From an uncultured Veillonellaceae bacterium (GTDB lineage: Bacteria; Bacillota; Negativicutes; JARBTT01): a DNA stretch of 64,000 nt. Position 1 is the stretch's first letter. Each line of letters starts with the position of its first letter. Below, in pieces: positions 33,976-44,078 of the stretch. The DNA lies in contig CAWDTA010000004.1 of NCBI GenBank assembly GCA_963805085.1, positions 160,001 through 224,000 on the forward strand, written 5' to 3'. A program made the translations under genes and the position numbers. The notes below the pieces were generated by a model. That model was not told where the DNA came from and did no database searches. It was given only the letters and a program-made list of their open reading frames with translations.

Positions 33976-35379
33976 TTATTTTAGTAAGTCGCTACCAGCG
34001 ATACCTGGATGTGTCATTTCTTCTGGGGAAAGAATATGATCCATTGCTTCTTTAGTTAATAAGCCTTTTTCAAGAATGATTTCACGAATTGGTCTGCCTG
34101 TAGCATATGCTTCTTTAGCAAGCATGGAGGAATTTTCATAACCGATATGTGGTAAAAGTGCAGTTACAATACCAACACTACGATCTAACCAATATGCGCA
34201 TTGTTCTTTATTGGCTTGTAAATTAACCATTAAGTTATCAACGAAATTATTCACTACATTTGTTAAATAACGCATGGAGTTAAATAAGTTAAAAGCAATA
34301 ACAGGTTCCATTACGTTTAATTCAAATTGTCCATTTTCTACACCTAAGCTAATTGTTACATCGTTACCAATAACTTGGTAGCAAGTTTGGTTAAGAACTT
34401 CAGCCATAACAGGATTTACTTTACCCGGCATAATAGAAGAACCAGGTTGACGTGCTGGCAATTTTAATTCGTTAAGCCCACAACGAGGACCGGAAGCCAT
34501 TAAGCGGAAATCATTTGCCATTTTGATTAATACCAAAGCAGTTACTTTTAAGCCAGAGGATACATCCGCAAAAGCATCTGTATTATTCGTAGCATCAATT
34601 AAGTTAGTTGCTGTTTCGAAGTGTTCACCAGTGATTTTGGATAATTGTTTTGCAACTTCTTTAATATATTCAGGTTCTGCATTTAAGCCAGTACCAACAG
34701 CAGTTGCTCCCATATTAATTGTATGAACGCCATCTACAGCAAATTCAATACGTTTAATACCACGACGAATGGATGAAGCATAAGAAGCCATTTCTTGCCC
34801 TAAAGTAATAGGCACTGCATCTTGTAAATGTGTACGACCCATTTTTAAAATATCTTTATATTCTAAAGCTTTTTTATCTAATTCATCTACTAAACGATTC
34901 AACGCTGCGATTAATGGTTTGCTTTTATGAATGACACATACTTTAATTCCTGTAGGGAAAGAGTCATTTGTAGATTGCGCCATGTTAGCATGGTTGTTTG
35001 GAGAAATGATATCATAACTACCTTTTGCTTCGCCGATAAGTTCAAGCGCTCTATTAACTAGAACTTCATTTGTATTCATATTAACGGAAGTACCTGCACC
35101 ACCTTGAATTGGGTCAACTGGAAATTGATCATGTAATTTACCAGCGATCACTTCATCAGCGGCTTTAACAAGTGCTTTACCGATTTTTTCTTCTAAACGA
35201 CCAGTTTTCATATTTGCAAGTGCTGCAGCTTTTTTAACAGTTGCCATCGCAATGATGAAATCTTTATCTAATTTTTCACCTGTAATACTAAAGTTTTCCA
35301 TTGCTCTTATTGTTTGTACTCCATAATATGCTGCGTCTGGTACTTCTAATTCACCTAAAAAATCATGTTCTAATCTCAT
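33976..35379 (-). CDS. aspA: Aspartate ammonia-lyase
   Basis: QGGAGTSVNMN, GRTHLQDA and GSSIMPGKVNP motifs. Confidence 0.95.
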   Translation of the reverse strand: MRLEHDFLGELEVPDAAYYGVQTIRAMENFSITGEKLDKDFIIAMATVKKAAALANMKTGRLEEKIGKALVKAADEVIAGKLHDQFPVDPIQGGAGTSVNMNTNEVLVNRALELIGEAKGSYDIISPNNHANMAQSTNDSFPTGIKVCVIHKSKPLIAALNRLVDELDKKALEYKDILKMGRTHLQDAVPITLGQEMASYASSIRRGIKRIEFAVDGVHTINMGATAVGTGLNAEPEYIKEVAKQLSKITGEHFETATNLIDATNNTDAFADVSSGLKVTALVLIKMANDFRLMASGPRCGLNELKLPARQPGSSIMPGKVNPVMAEVLNQTCYQVIGNDVTISLGVENGQFELNVMEPVIAFNLFNSMRYLTNVVNNFVDNLMVNLQANKEQCAYWLDRSVGIVTALLPHIGYENSSMLAKEAYATGRPIREIILEKGLLTKEAMDHILSPEEMTHPGIAGSDLLK

Positions 35380-35480
35380 TATTATTTCCCCCTAAAATAT
35401 TTCTTATTGTATTCGTTTTTGAATATTATGAATTTTATTGGCTATTTATATTGTTTATGTTTTCATTACCTTATGAACGT

Positions 35481-35509
35481 ATTGTATCATGTATACAAAA
35501 TACATTCAA
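35481..35509 (-). promoter_or_regulatory. aspA promoter with a palindromic operator in the spacer
   Basis: TTGAAT-17-TACAAT enclosing TTGTATACAT. Confidence 0.65.
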
Positions 35510-35678
35510 GTGGGATTTTAAAAATTTTTCATGAAATCATTATCTTTTTCTACTACATTTCCTAATAAAAGGCTTCACTATAGATAAAACAACTATCAAT
35601 TAAGACCAAATAAAGGTATAATGTTTAGCATAATTTAAAAATGAACATTATATTTTTATTAAAACATTGGAGGCTCAT

Positions 35679-36683
35679 ATGTGGTCAAAACATCAAACAT
35701 CTATCTTAGTAAGTTTTAGCTTTACGATACTATTTTCTATGTTCTGGTTTGTACAACCATTAGCAATCGTCATTTTTTGTTCTTTATTATTGACGATATT
35801 ACTAAATTCAATTGTCGATAAACTTGTAACAAAAAAAGTCCCCCGCATCATTGCAGCAATCGTTACACTATTTACTTTCCTTGCCTTGGTCATTTGGCTA
35901 CTGGTTGCGATCTCAAAAACTTTCATTCCGACATTTTCAAACTTTATTGCTGATATTCCTAGTATTGCAGAGAGTTTAAAAAACATTCCTTTACTCAATC
36001 TTCCGACGACTTTAACAACACAATTGGAAGATGCTTTCAAAGGATTTGCTAGTCTTAGTGTTACCACGCTTCGTTCTTCACTCGAAATTTTGATTAATAT
36101 TTTTAGTAAAGCAATGGACATGATCATGGTAATTTTCATTACTTTCTATCTTCTAAAAGACGGTAAAGAAATCAAAGAGTACTTAGCTAATTTATTTCCC
36201 CCAAAAGATAAGGCTAGAATACATAAACTATTTGATACTATTATTGGAGCTTTGATTAACTATGTCCGTGGTCAACTAGCAATTTGTGTCATCACTGGAT
36301 TTTTGGTTTTTACCTATTTTACAGTTTGCGATCTCCCCTATGCCTCAGTTTTTGCAGTCTTATCAGCAATTGGTGAATTGATCCCTGTTGTTGGACCAAC
36401 CATCGCTTCCCTTTCGGGTTCTTTATTCGCAGTAACCCAATTAACCTCACTCGGGCTGCAAACACTCTGCTTTTACATCATTTTAACGCAAGTCAATCAT
36501 AATATAGTTTATCCATATTTGATCGGCAAATCATTAAACCTCCATCCAATTGCCATCATGCTTGGCATATTATTTGGTGGACAAATCTTAGGAGCTCTTG
36601 GGATGTTTCTCGCTGTACCTTGTATGGTAATTATTAAAATAGTATTAGAAGATCTCTTTCATAATCACTCTACAACTATATAA
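35679..36683 (+). CDS. AI-2E (PerM) family transporter
   Basis: FYLLKDG, YVRGQL, LNLHP and GMFLAVP motifs. Confidence 0.92.
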   Translation: MWSKHQTSILVSFSFTILFSMFWFVQPLAIVIFCSLLLTILLNSIVDKLVTKKVPRIIAAIVTLFTFLALVIWLLVAISKTFIPTFSNFIADIPSIAESLKNIPLLNLPTTLTTQLEDAFKGFASLSVTTLRSSLEILINIFSKAMDMIMVIFITFYLLKDGKEIKEYLANLFPPKDKARIHKLFDTIIGALINYVRGQLAICVITGFLVFTYFTVCDLPYASVFAVLSAIGELIPVVGPTIASLSGSLFAVTQLTSLGLQTLCFYIILTQVNHNIVYPYLIGKSLNLHPIAIMLGILFGGQILGALGMFLAVPCMVIIKIVLEDLFHNHSTTI

Positions 36684-36724
36684 AACGAAGCTAAACTATA
36701 CTAAACTATAAAACAAACTGAAAT

Positions 36725-36837
36725 AAAAGAAGAAGGCTATGGAATCATGAGATCACTCATAATTTCATAGCCTTCTTTGGCTTTGTTTATATAGATATTA
36801 TTTATTTCTAACGTAATATAGCTAACCTGTTCTTTGT
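36725..36837 (-). ncRNA. Putative orphan sRNA (~110 nt)
   Basis: TTGTAA-17-TATACT with TG extension (36871-36843) and terminator GAAGGCTATG...CATAGCCTTC-TTCTTTT; no ORF. Confidence 0.5.
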
Positions 36838-36979
36838 ATACAAGTATACCATCGTCATTTTTAAATTACAAGATGCTTTTTATACTTTTTTTATAATTTT
36901 TCATGCTGTTTAACCTTAAATATATAAGTTAATGCAATAAATACTTATATATCACCAGTTTGGATAAGATTAAACCAAA

Positions 36980-37188
36980 GTAGATGAGTTGCAAAAGAAA
37001 TTTTTTCAAAAAAGGCAACATAGACGAATCTTAACTACAACCTAGCTTTGAAGGCTTTTTGTTTGACCGTAAGGAGTTTAACCTTATTGCGATCTTTGAG
37101 TCAGTACGCACTTGAGATTTGTCTTTTGCCGGCTTGTTATTTTTTCAGTGTAAATCATCTGCTATTTAAGCATAAAGCTATTTTTCCT
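36980..37188. repeat. Dispersed ~200-bp palindromic repeat, copy 2
   Basis: Homologous to 26862-27070, same orientation. Confidence 0.85.
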
Positions 37189-37201
37189 AACTACCACCAA
37201 T

Positions 37202-37585
37202 TTAATCAATTTGTCTTTCGTATTCAGCTTTTCTTACTTCTTTCAACTTATTCTCTTGATCCACCATGACTACAGTTGGCGTGTAATGCGCAGCTTCTTC
37301 TTCCTCCATCATCGCATACGCCATGATAATAACAACATCTCCTGGCTGTGCAAGACGGGCCGCTGCACCATTTAAACAAATGACTCCTGAGTTTGGCGCA
37401 CCTTTAATCACATAAGTTTCGAGTCGTTCACCGTTATTGTTATTTACGACTTGCACACGTTCATTCGGTAAAATATTCGCCGCCTTTAGTAGCGTTTCAT
37501 CAATGGTGATACTGCCCATGTATCGCAAATTTGCTTCCGTTACTGTCGCGCAATGAATTTTTGCTTTTAATAAATTTAATAACAT
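37202..37585 (-). CDS. panD: Aspartate 1-decarboxylase
   Basis: [16 protein letters not shown] and NGAAAR motifs. Confidence 0.97.
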   Translation of the reverse strand: MLLNLLKAKIHCATVTEANLRYMGSITIDETLLKAANILPNERVQVVNNNNGERLETYVIKGAPNSGVICLNGAAARLAQPGDVVIIMAYAMMEEEEAAHYTPTVVMVDQENKLKEVRKAEYERQID

Positions 37586-37588
37586 TGC

Positions 37589-38443
37589 CTAACCTCCGAT
37601 TATTGCATTATCGATTAATCTCGTCGTACTAAAACGCACCGCGAGAGCCATGATTGCTTGATCTTTTACCGTTTCGATTTCTTCTAAATCTGGAAAGCTA
37701 TAAATTTCCACATAGTCAATATCAGCTAATGGCTCTGCTTGAATCTGTTTCGTAAGCAAGCTCTTTAAAACTGCCACGTTCTTTTCACCGTTTGTATAGG
37801 CTTCTTTCGCAGCTTTTAAACTAGCGGATAAAACTAAAGCCGCTTCTTTTTCAGCAGTCGATAAATACTTGTTACGAGAACTCAAGGCAAGTCCATTGTC
37901 ATCGCGGACAATTGGTACCATTTCGACTGCCACATTGATATTCAAATCGCGGACAAAACGCTTGATTACAACAACCTGTTGCGCATCTTTTTGCCCAAAG
38001 AAAGCGTGATCTGCTTCAGTGATATTAAATAATTTTGTAACTACAGTCGCTACCCCACGAAAATGTCCGGGCCTGCGTGCACCACAAAGTTTACTGGTAA
38101 TGTCACCATCCACGGTAACATAGGCAGTATAATTTTCAGGATACAATTCAACCGCTTCGGGATGAAACACAGCATCCACCCCAACTGATTCCAATTTTGC
38201 GCAGTCACTTTCAAATTCACGCGGATAGGCAGCAAAATCTTCATTCGGTCCAAACTGTGTTGGATTTACAAAGACACTGGCTATAACGATATCACATTTT
38301 TCTTTTGCCGCTTTCATCAATGTTATATGCCCCTTGTGTAATGCTCCCATCGTTGGTACAAGTCCAATTGTTTTACCTGTTTTTTTTAGCGATCTGACAA
38401 AGTTTTTCATTTCGGCAACGGTTTTGATTACTTTCATTTGCAT
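37589..38443 (-). CDS. panC: Pantoate-beta-alanine ligase
   Basis: PTMGALHKGH, RPGHFRGV, GQKDAQQ and LSSRN motifs. Confidence 0.97.
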   Translation of the reverse strand: MQMKVIKTVAEMKNFVRSLKKTGKTIGLVPTMGALHKGHITLMKAAKEKCDIVIASVFVNPTQFGPNEDFAAYPREFESDCAKLESVGVDAVFHPEAVELYPENYTAYVTVDGDITSKLCGARRPGHFRGVATVVTKLFNITEADHAFFGQKDAQQVVVIKRFVRDLNINVAVEMVPIVRDDNGLALSSRNKYLSTAEKEAALVLSASLKAAKEAYTNGEKNVAVLKSLLTKQIQAEPLADIDYVEIYSFPDLEEIETVKDQAIMALAVRFSTTRLIDNAIIGG

Positions 38444-38549
38444 GATCTACACCTCAACACATGATTTATTTTAATTATGCACTATAGAGTGTGTTAAAAA
38501 AACACACAACCTTAAAATTCAAGAGATTGTTACAAGATGCCCAAATTCT

Positions 38550-39386
38550 CTAATATAATTTATCTAATACCTCCTCGGCAATCGAGAAGGTATGCTCCTT
38601 TGCAGGAAAAGTTCTTGCCATTACTTCCTGCTTATATTCCATGATTGCTTCGAGCATCAGTGCTTGTAAATTTGCAAATTTCTTAACAAATTTCGGCGTA
38701 AACTCCGAGTACATACCAAACATATCATTCACAACCAAAACTTGACCATCACAACCGTTACCAGCACCAATCCCAATTGTTGGTACTGCAATCATTTGCG
38801 TTATTTTTGCTGCCAATTTTTCTGGTACACATTCTAACACCACTGCAAAAACACCTGCTTCCACTAATAATTTTGCGTCATCAATCAGTTTTTTCGCGGT
38901 TTCTTCATCTTTACCTTGTACTTTAAAACCACCCAATTGATGAATGGATTGCGGTGTAAGACCTAAGTGCCCGACTACTGGAATTCCCGCTCGCACAATC
39001 GCTTTTACAGCCTCAACTATTTCAACCCCACCTTCAACTTTGACTGCTTGTGCCCCGGTTTCTTTTAGCAAACGTCCGGCATTTTGCAGTGCTTCTGTTA
39101 CTGAGACTTGGTAAGACATAAATGGCATATCAACAACAACCATCGTATTTTGGGTACCTCGGCAGACCGCCTTGGCATGATGAATCATATCCTCCATGGT
39201 AACTGGCAAGGTAGAATCATACCCTAAAACAACATTGCCTAAAGAATCGCCCACCAAAATCATATCAATCTGTGCGCTATCGAGCATTTTTGCCATCGCA
39301 TAATCATAAGCGGTAAGCATGGTAATGGGTATTCCTTTCACTTTTCTGTCCTTAATTACGGATACTGTCACACGTGTATTACTCAT
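38550..39386 (-). CDS. panB: 3-methyl-2-oxobutanoate hydroxymethyltransferase
   Basis: MLTAYD, LVGDSLG, VKVEGG and GHLGLTPQ motifs. Confidence 0.97.
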   Translation of the reverse strand: MSNTRVTVSVIKDRKVKGIPITMLTAYDYAMAKMLDSAQIDMILVGDSLGNVVLGYDSTLPVTMEDMIHHAKAVCRGTQNTMVVVDMPFMSYQVSVTEALQNAGRLLKETGAQAVKVEGGVEIVEAVKAIVRAGIPVVGHLGLTPQSIHQLGGFKVQGKDEETAKKLIDDAKLLVEAGVFAVVLECVPEKLAAKITQMIAVPTIGIGAGNGCDGQVLVVNDMFGMYSEFTPKFVKKFANLQALMLEAIMEYKQEVMARTFPAKEHTFSIAEEVLDKLY

Positions 39387-39418
39387 TGTTTTTCCTCCAA
39401 TCGCCCAATAAAAATATA

Positions 39419-39590
39419 AAAAGCCTTTCGGCAGACTTCACCGAAAGGCATAACAATACTACTTTTACCTTCCGTCTTAGTCTTTAAGATCTAAGCGGAT
39501 AAATGAATTTTATTCAATTCCATTTCATCCAATGCTGTTAAGTTTCCATCGTGTAACTCTCTTCCAAGATGTTACCGAATTACTTAACAA
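39419..39590 (-). promoter_or_regulatory. pan RNA motif leader with terminator
   Basis: Bulged hairpins GGTAACATCTT..AGAGTTAC and CCGCTTAGATCT..AGACTAAGACGG, then terminator GCCTTTCGG..CCGAAAGGC-U5; promoter TTGTAT-17-TAATAT (39623-39595). Confidence 0.75.
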
Positions 39591-39735
39591 CAGGATATTA
39601 CCACACTCTTTTCTAAAATACAAGAGTAAAATTAGCTGGCTATTTACTTATAGTATTCAGAAATCGTTCATATAACAGCAGTTCACCTACCACGATAGCT
39701 AACAAAATTTTTTATTCATACCAGTGAAGGCTGCT

Positions 39736-40923
39736 TTAAGTTCGCTTCTGCTTGTAGATATAACGATAAAATACAAGCAAACTAATACCAAATAGCAATA
39801 ACCCTGTAAAGATAAACACATACTGGATTCCCATCAACGCTGCTATCGCACCACCTAATAGCGGGCCAATCATCGCACCGATCTGATATGCTGTCGTCGC
39901 AAAACCAAATACCCGCCCGCGGAAACTAGCCTCGGTACAATTGACGATAGTTGCACTAATCGAAGGATTTACCCCAACAATAAAGCTTCCCACCAAAAAC
40001 TGTAATGCACCAAACCCAATAACCGTCTCCGGAAAGAATTGCAAGAAATTAAAAATACCTGCCCCGCCAAAGGCAAATACCATCGCTTTAAAGTAACCAC
40101 TTCGTTGTCCATATCGACCCCAAAACGGTGTAGAAATAGCCCCAGCGATACCACCTAAACTAAAGATAATCCCCGCAGTAAGTACAACCCCTTCCATATC
40201 CCCTTGCAACTGGGCAATATATAGGGTCATAACTGGTTGTAAAATCATCATTGCCAATTGGATCAGTAAGGTTAATCCCATCATCTCTACTAACAACGAG
40301 TTTTTTGCAGCATGTTTTATATCTTCCATCATACTGCTGCCAGCATGACGATCTTCCACTCGTGCTGGTTCTTTTACAAAGAAAACAACGACAACTGTAA
40401 CCAATAATAGACATATGCCTGCCACAAAAAATGAAGCACGCATGCCAAAAACATGTGCCAAAGAGCCCCCGAGCAACGGACCTAACACCCCACCGATAAT
40501 CTGCCCAGTCTGGATAATCCCAAGAGAAAAGCCCAATTGTTCTTTAGGTGCGCTCGAAGATACTATTGCTAAAGAAGCAGGTAAAAACCCATTGGCAAAC
40601 CCTTGTAAGATCCTTACTCCGAGCAATTCGACTGGGCTTGTTACAATACCACCTAAAAAATACACAATTGCCAAACCTAAGCCGGCACGGATGGCCATCA
40701 AACGTTTACCATTTTTATCAGCAAATTTCCCCCAAATAGGCGCCATAATCGCTCCAACAAAAAAGCTAATCGAAAAAACCGCCCCTGACCACATTGCAAC
40801 ATCTTGTTCAGTAACACCAAGTTCTAATAAATATACGGGTAAAAATGGAATGATCATAGTATAACTTGCCGAGGTCAGTACTACACTAACACACAATACC
40901 CATAAGTTGATACGCCAATTCAC
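39736..40923 (-). CDS. MFS transporter (MdtG-like)
   Basis: PFLPVYL, APIWGKFADKNGKR and LGPLLGG motifs. Confidence 0.9.
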   Translation of the reverse strand: MNWRINLWVLCVSVVLTSASYTMIIPFLPVYLLELGVTEQDVAMWSGAVFSISFFVGAIMAPIWGKFADKNGKRLMAIRAGLGLAIVYFLGGIVTSPVELLGVRILQGFANGFLPASLAIVSSSAPKEQLGFSLGIIQTGQIIGGVLGPLLGGSLAHVFGMRASFFVAGICLLLVTVVVVFFVKEPARVEDRHAGSSMMEDIKHAAKNSLLVEMMGLTLLIQLAMMILQPVMTLYIAQLQGDMEGVVLTAGIIFSLGGIAGAISTPFWGRYGQRSGYFKAMVFAFGGAGIFNFLQFFPETVIGFGALQFLVGSFIVGVNPSISATIVNCTEASFRGRVFGFATTAYQIGAMIGPLLGGAIAALMGIQYVFIFTGLLLFGISLLVFYRYIYKQKRT

Positions 40924-40964
40924 AAAAAATACGCCTCCTGAAATAGTTCAACTATTACTTCTTC

Positions 40965-41879
40965 TTATAAACGATTATATTTATTTTGACGTTTAAATTT
41001 TGCTTTTAAATCAGCTAATCCACCAACTTGTGTAATCAGCATACCAAACATCATCAATAAGCAACCTAAAACTTCTTTTAAACCCATATATTCATTTAAA
41101 AATAAATATCCCGCTAACGCCCCAAACACCGATTCCATACTCATAATAATCGCCGCATGCGAAGGTTCGGCATATTTCTGTCCAACGATTTGTAACGTAA
41201 AGGCAACCCCTACAGATAGAAAACCACCGTATAAAATTGGCACTGCTGCACTAACAATGCTAGCCCAATCAATCGTTTCAATGGCAATCGCAACACTACT
41301 ACTCAGCAATGCACAAACAAAAAATTGATAAAATGCTAATTTTATCGAATCTACACTATTCGCATAATGATCAATAAATAAAATATGGATGGTCCAAATA
41401 AAAGCACAGATTAAAACGATGAAATCACCGTACTCCATTTGGAAGCCATTTTTTACACAAAGAAAATATAAACCACTAATAGATAAAGCTGCTCCGACCC
41501 ACGTATTTCCTGAAATATGCTGTTTTAAGAATACAGCAGCAAATGGCACTAAAATGATATATAAACAGGTAATAAACGCGGCTTTCCCTGCGGTCGTATA
41601 AATTATCCCAACCTGTTGGAACGAAACCGCCAAGAACATAATAACGCCCGCGATTGAGCCCACTTTTAGCACACTCACCGACTTTTGTTCCGCTTGATAA
41701 GGCTTTTTATCATTTCTAAAATAATACAGTACTGGCACCAGCGACAAGCAGCCCAGCATAAACCTTATTCCTGTATAAGCAAACGGTCCGATATATTCCA
41801 TGCCAGCCCGTTGTGCTACAAAGGCGGCACCCCAAATCATTGCTACAAATAGCAAGATTACATTTCCTCTCAAGCGCAA
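40965..41879 (-). CDS. DMT/EamA-family transporter
   Basis: IWGAAFVAQ, TTAGKAAFIT and AFTLQIVGQK motifs. Confidence 0.92.
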   Translation of the reverse strand: MRLRGNVILLFVAMIWGAAFVAQRAGMEYIGPFAYTGIRFMLGCLSLVPVLYYFRNDKKPYQAEQKSVSVLKVGSIAGVIMFLAVSFQQVGIIYTTAGKAAFITCLYIILVPFAAVFLKQHISGNTWVGAALSISGLYFLCVKNGFQMEYGDFIVLICAFIWTIHILFIDHYANSVDSIKLAFYQFFVCALLSSSVAIAIETIDWASIVSAAVPILYGGFLSVGVAFTLQIVGQKYAEPSHAAIIMSMESVFGALAGYLFLNEYMGLKEVLGCLLMMFGMLITQVGGLADLKAKFKRQNKYNRL

Positions 41880-42174
41880 AATAAACCTTCTTTCTCACTA
41901 TATACCTACGAACATGATGTATATAAAAATTCATATCTTTTTTATAATACCATTTTTATCCGAACAAATACAATGAAAACAACCAATTATTCTTTAAAAA
42001 TACGGTTCTTTTTTATTGATAATAAGACTACTTTATAAACATACTATATACATTCACGTACCCCACTTACAATCTTATTATTTTTTTATTTACGATCACA
42101 TAGTAGAACACACAGAAAATACGTTAAATTACATTCTTATCAATAAAACATAAAAACATATTGGAGGATTCTGT

Positions 42175-43299
42175 ATGATTAATAAAAAACGTTTACTAGA
42201 TGAATTTCTAAACTTATTGAAAATCACTTGCTCCACGCGTAACGAGCGTGAGGTAGCAGATTTACTTAAATCTAAATTAACTGATCTGGGTTTAACGGTA
42301 ACCGAAGATGATACTGGCAGAAAAATCGATGGTAATACTGGCAATATCATAGGTTATTTAAAAGGTACTAAAGAAAATGCACCAAATTTATTTTTTAGTG
42401 CTCATATGGATTGTGTGGAACCTTGTGGAAACGTAAAACCGCAGATCAAAGACGGTGTCATCACTTCAGATGGAACTACGATTCTCGGCTCTGATGATAA
42501 AGCTGGAATCGCACCAATTTTAGAAGCACTGCACATTTTAAGAGAAGAAAATATCGAACATGGAGATATTCAAATCATTTTTACTGTTGCAGAAGAGGAC
42601 GGATTACTCGGTTCAAAAAATATTGACCCCAAAATCATTCAGGCTGATTTTGGTTATTGCTTAGATTCTAGTGGGCGTCCTGGTAAAATCATTATACAAG
42701 CGCCTGGTCAAGATGATATTCACGTGAAAGTTCATGGAAAATCAGCCCATGCAGGAATAGCACCAGAGGAGGGCATCAATGCCATTGTTGTTGCAGCCAA
42801 AGCAATTGCCAATATGAAGCAAGGTCGCTTAGACCACGAAACAACTGCAAATGTTGGTATTATTCAGGGCGGGAACGCAACAAATATCGTTCCTCCCTTG
42901 GCAAAAATAACTTGCGAGGCACGTAGCTGTGATGAAAAAAAATTAACAGCACAAACAAATTACATGGTAAATCTTTTTGAAACGATTGCTGAAGAAAATG
43001 GTGCTACGGTAGAAATCAAAGTAGAACACTGCTATCGACCTTATAGATTAAAACAAGATACGCTCGTTATTAAAACAGCGATTGCAGCGATGGAAAATGT
43101 AGGTTTAAAACCAAACTTAACGCCAACCGGAGGTGGTAGCGATGGAAATTTCTATAATGCTTATCATATTCCTTGCGCTGTACTTGGTGTCGGTATGACC
43201 AAAGTACATACAAAGGAAGAATCCATCTTTGAAGAAGACCTCTATCAGACAGCACAAATCATCCTTGAACTTATAAACTGCAGTATGACTGCAAAATAG
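42175..43299 (+). CDS. M20B peptidase T-like protein
   Basis: SAHMD, LGSDDKAG, TVAEEDG, GGGSD and VHTKEE motifs. Confidence 0.92.
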   Translation: MINKKRLLDEFLNLLKITCSTRNEREVADLLKSKLTDLGLTVTEDDTGRKIDGNTGNIIGYLKGTKENAPNLFFSAHMDCVEPCGNVKPQIKDGVITSDGTTILGSDDKAGIAPILEALHILREENIEHGDIQIIFTVAEEDGLLGSKNIDPKIIQADFGYCLDSSGRPGKIIIQAPGQDDIHVKVHGKSAHAGIAPEEGINAIVVAAKAIANMKQGRLDHETTANVGIIQGGNATNIVPPLAKITCEARSCDEKKLTAQTNYMVNLFETIAEENGATVEIKVEHCYRPYRLKQDTLVIKTAIAAMENVGLKPNLTPTGGGSDGNFYNAYHIPCAVLGVGMTKVHTKEESIFEEDLYQTAQIILELINCSMTAK

Positions 43300-43373
43300 A
43301 GTTACTCTACAAAGAATTTGCTTTGTAAAATAAAAATAGAGTTGCTACGAACGATCTGTAGCAACTCTATTTT

Positions 43374-44066
43374 TTATCCCATCAACCGATACCCTACCCC
43401 TGATTCCGTAATGATATATTGTGGTTGGGTTGGATTTTTTTCTAATTTTCTTCTGATCTGACCAATATATACGCGAATATAATGCGTATCTTCATTGTAT
43501 TGATTGCCCCATACCGCTTTTAATAACTGTTTATGCGTTAACACCCTGCCTGCATTTTGCGCCATTACTTTGACAATATCATATTCTGTAGGTGTTAATT
43601 TAATTTCTTTATCTTCAACTGTAACTTTTCTTTTTACAATATCGACTGTCAATTTGCCACATTGAATAACGGCATCTTCTTCTTTTGCCACAGTCCTTCT
43701 CAAGCATACGCGCATTCTCGCTAATAACTCACCTGTACTGAATGGTTTTGTCACATAATCATCTGCCCCCAGATCCAGTGCATTAATCTTTTCTTGTTCT
43801 TGATCTCGAGCGGTTAATACAATAATTGGCGCGCTCGACCATTCGCGAATTTCTTTTACCACTAACTTACCATCCATATCTGGCAAACCTAAATCAACAA
43901 TCAATAAATCAGGTTTAAACATCGTTGCCCTGACAATTCCTTCGCTGCCTGATCCAACCTCTTCAACTTCGTAACCATGAGCATTCAATGCAACCCGAAG
44001 CAATCTACGGATTTGGGCTTCATCATCAACAACTAAGACTCTCATTCCATTCACCATATTTTCCAC
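43374..44066 (-). CDS. kdpE: Response regulator KdpE
   Basis: OmpR-type REC plus wHTH (DLGLPD, TESGVGYRL); last gene of the kdp operon. Confidence 0.94.
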   Translation of the reverse strand: MENMVNGMRVLVVDDEAQIRRLLRVALNAHGYEVEEVGSGSEGIVRATMFKPDLLIVDLGLPDMDGKLVVKEIREWSSAPIIVLTARDQEQEKINALDLGADDYVTKPFSTGELLARMRVCLRRTVAKEEDAVIQCGKLTVDIVKRKVTVEDKEIKLTPTEYDIVKVMAQNAGRVLTHKQLLKAVWGNQYNEDTHYIRVYIGQIRRKLEKNPTQPQYIITESGVGYRLMG

Positions 44067-44078
44067 CTACTAAAACTT

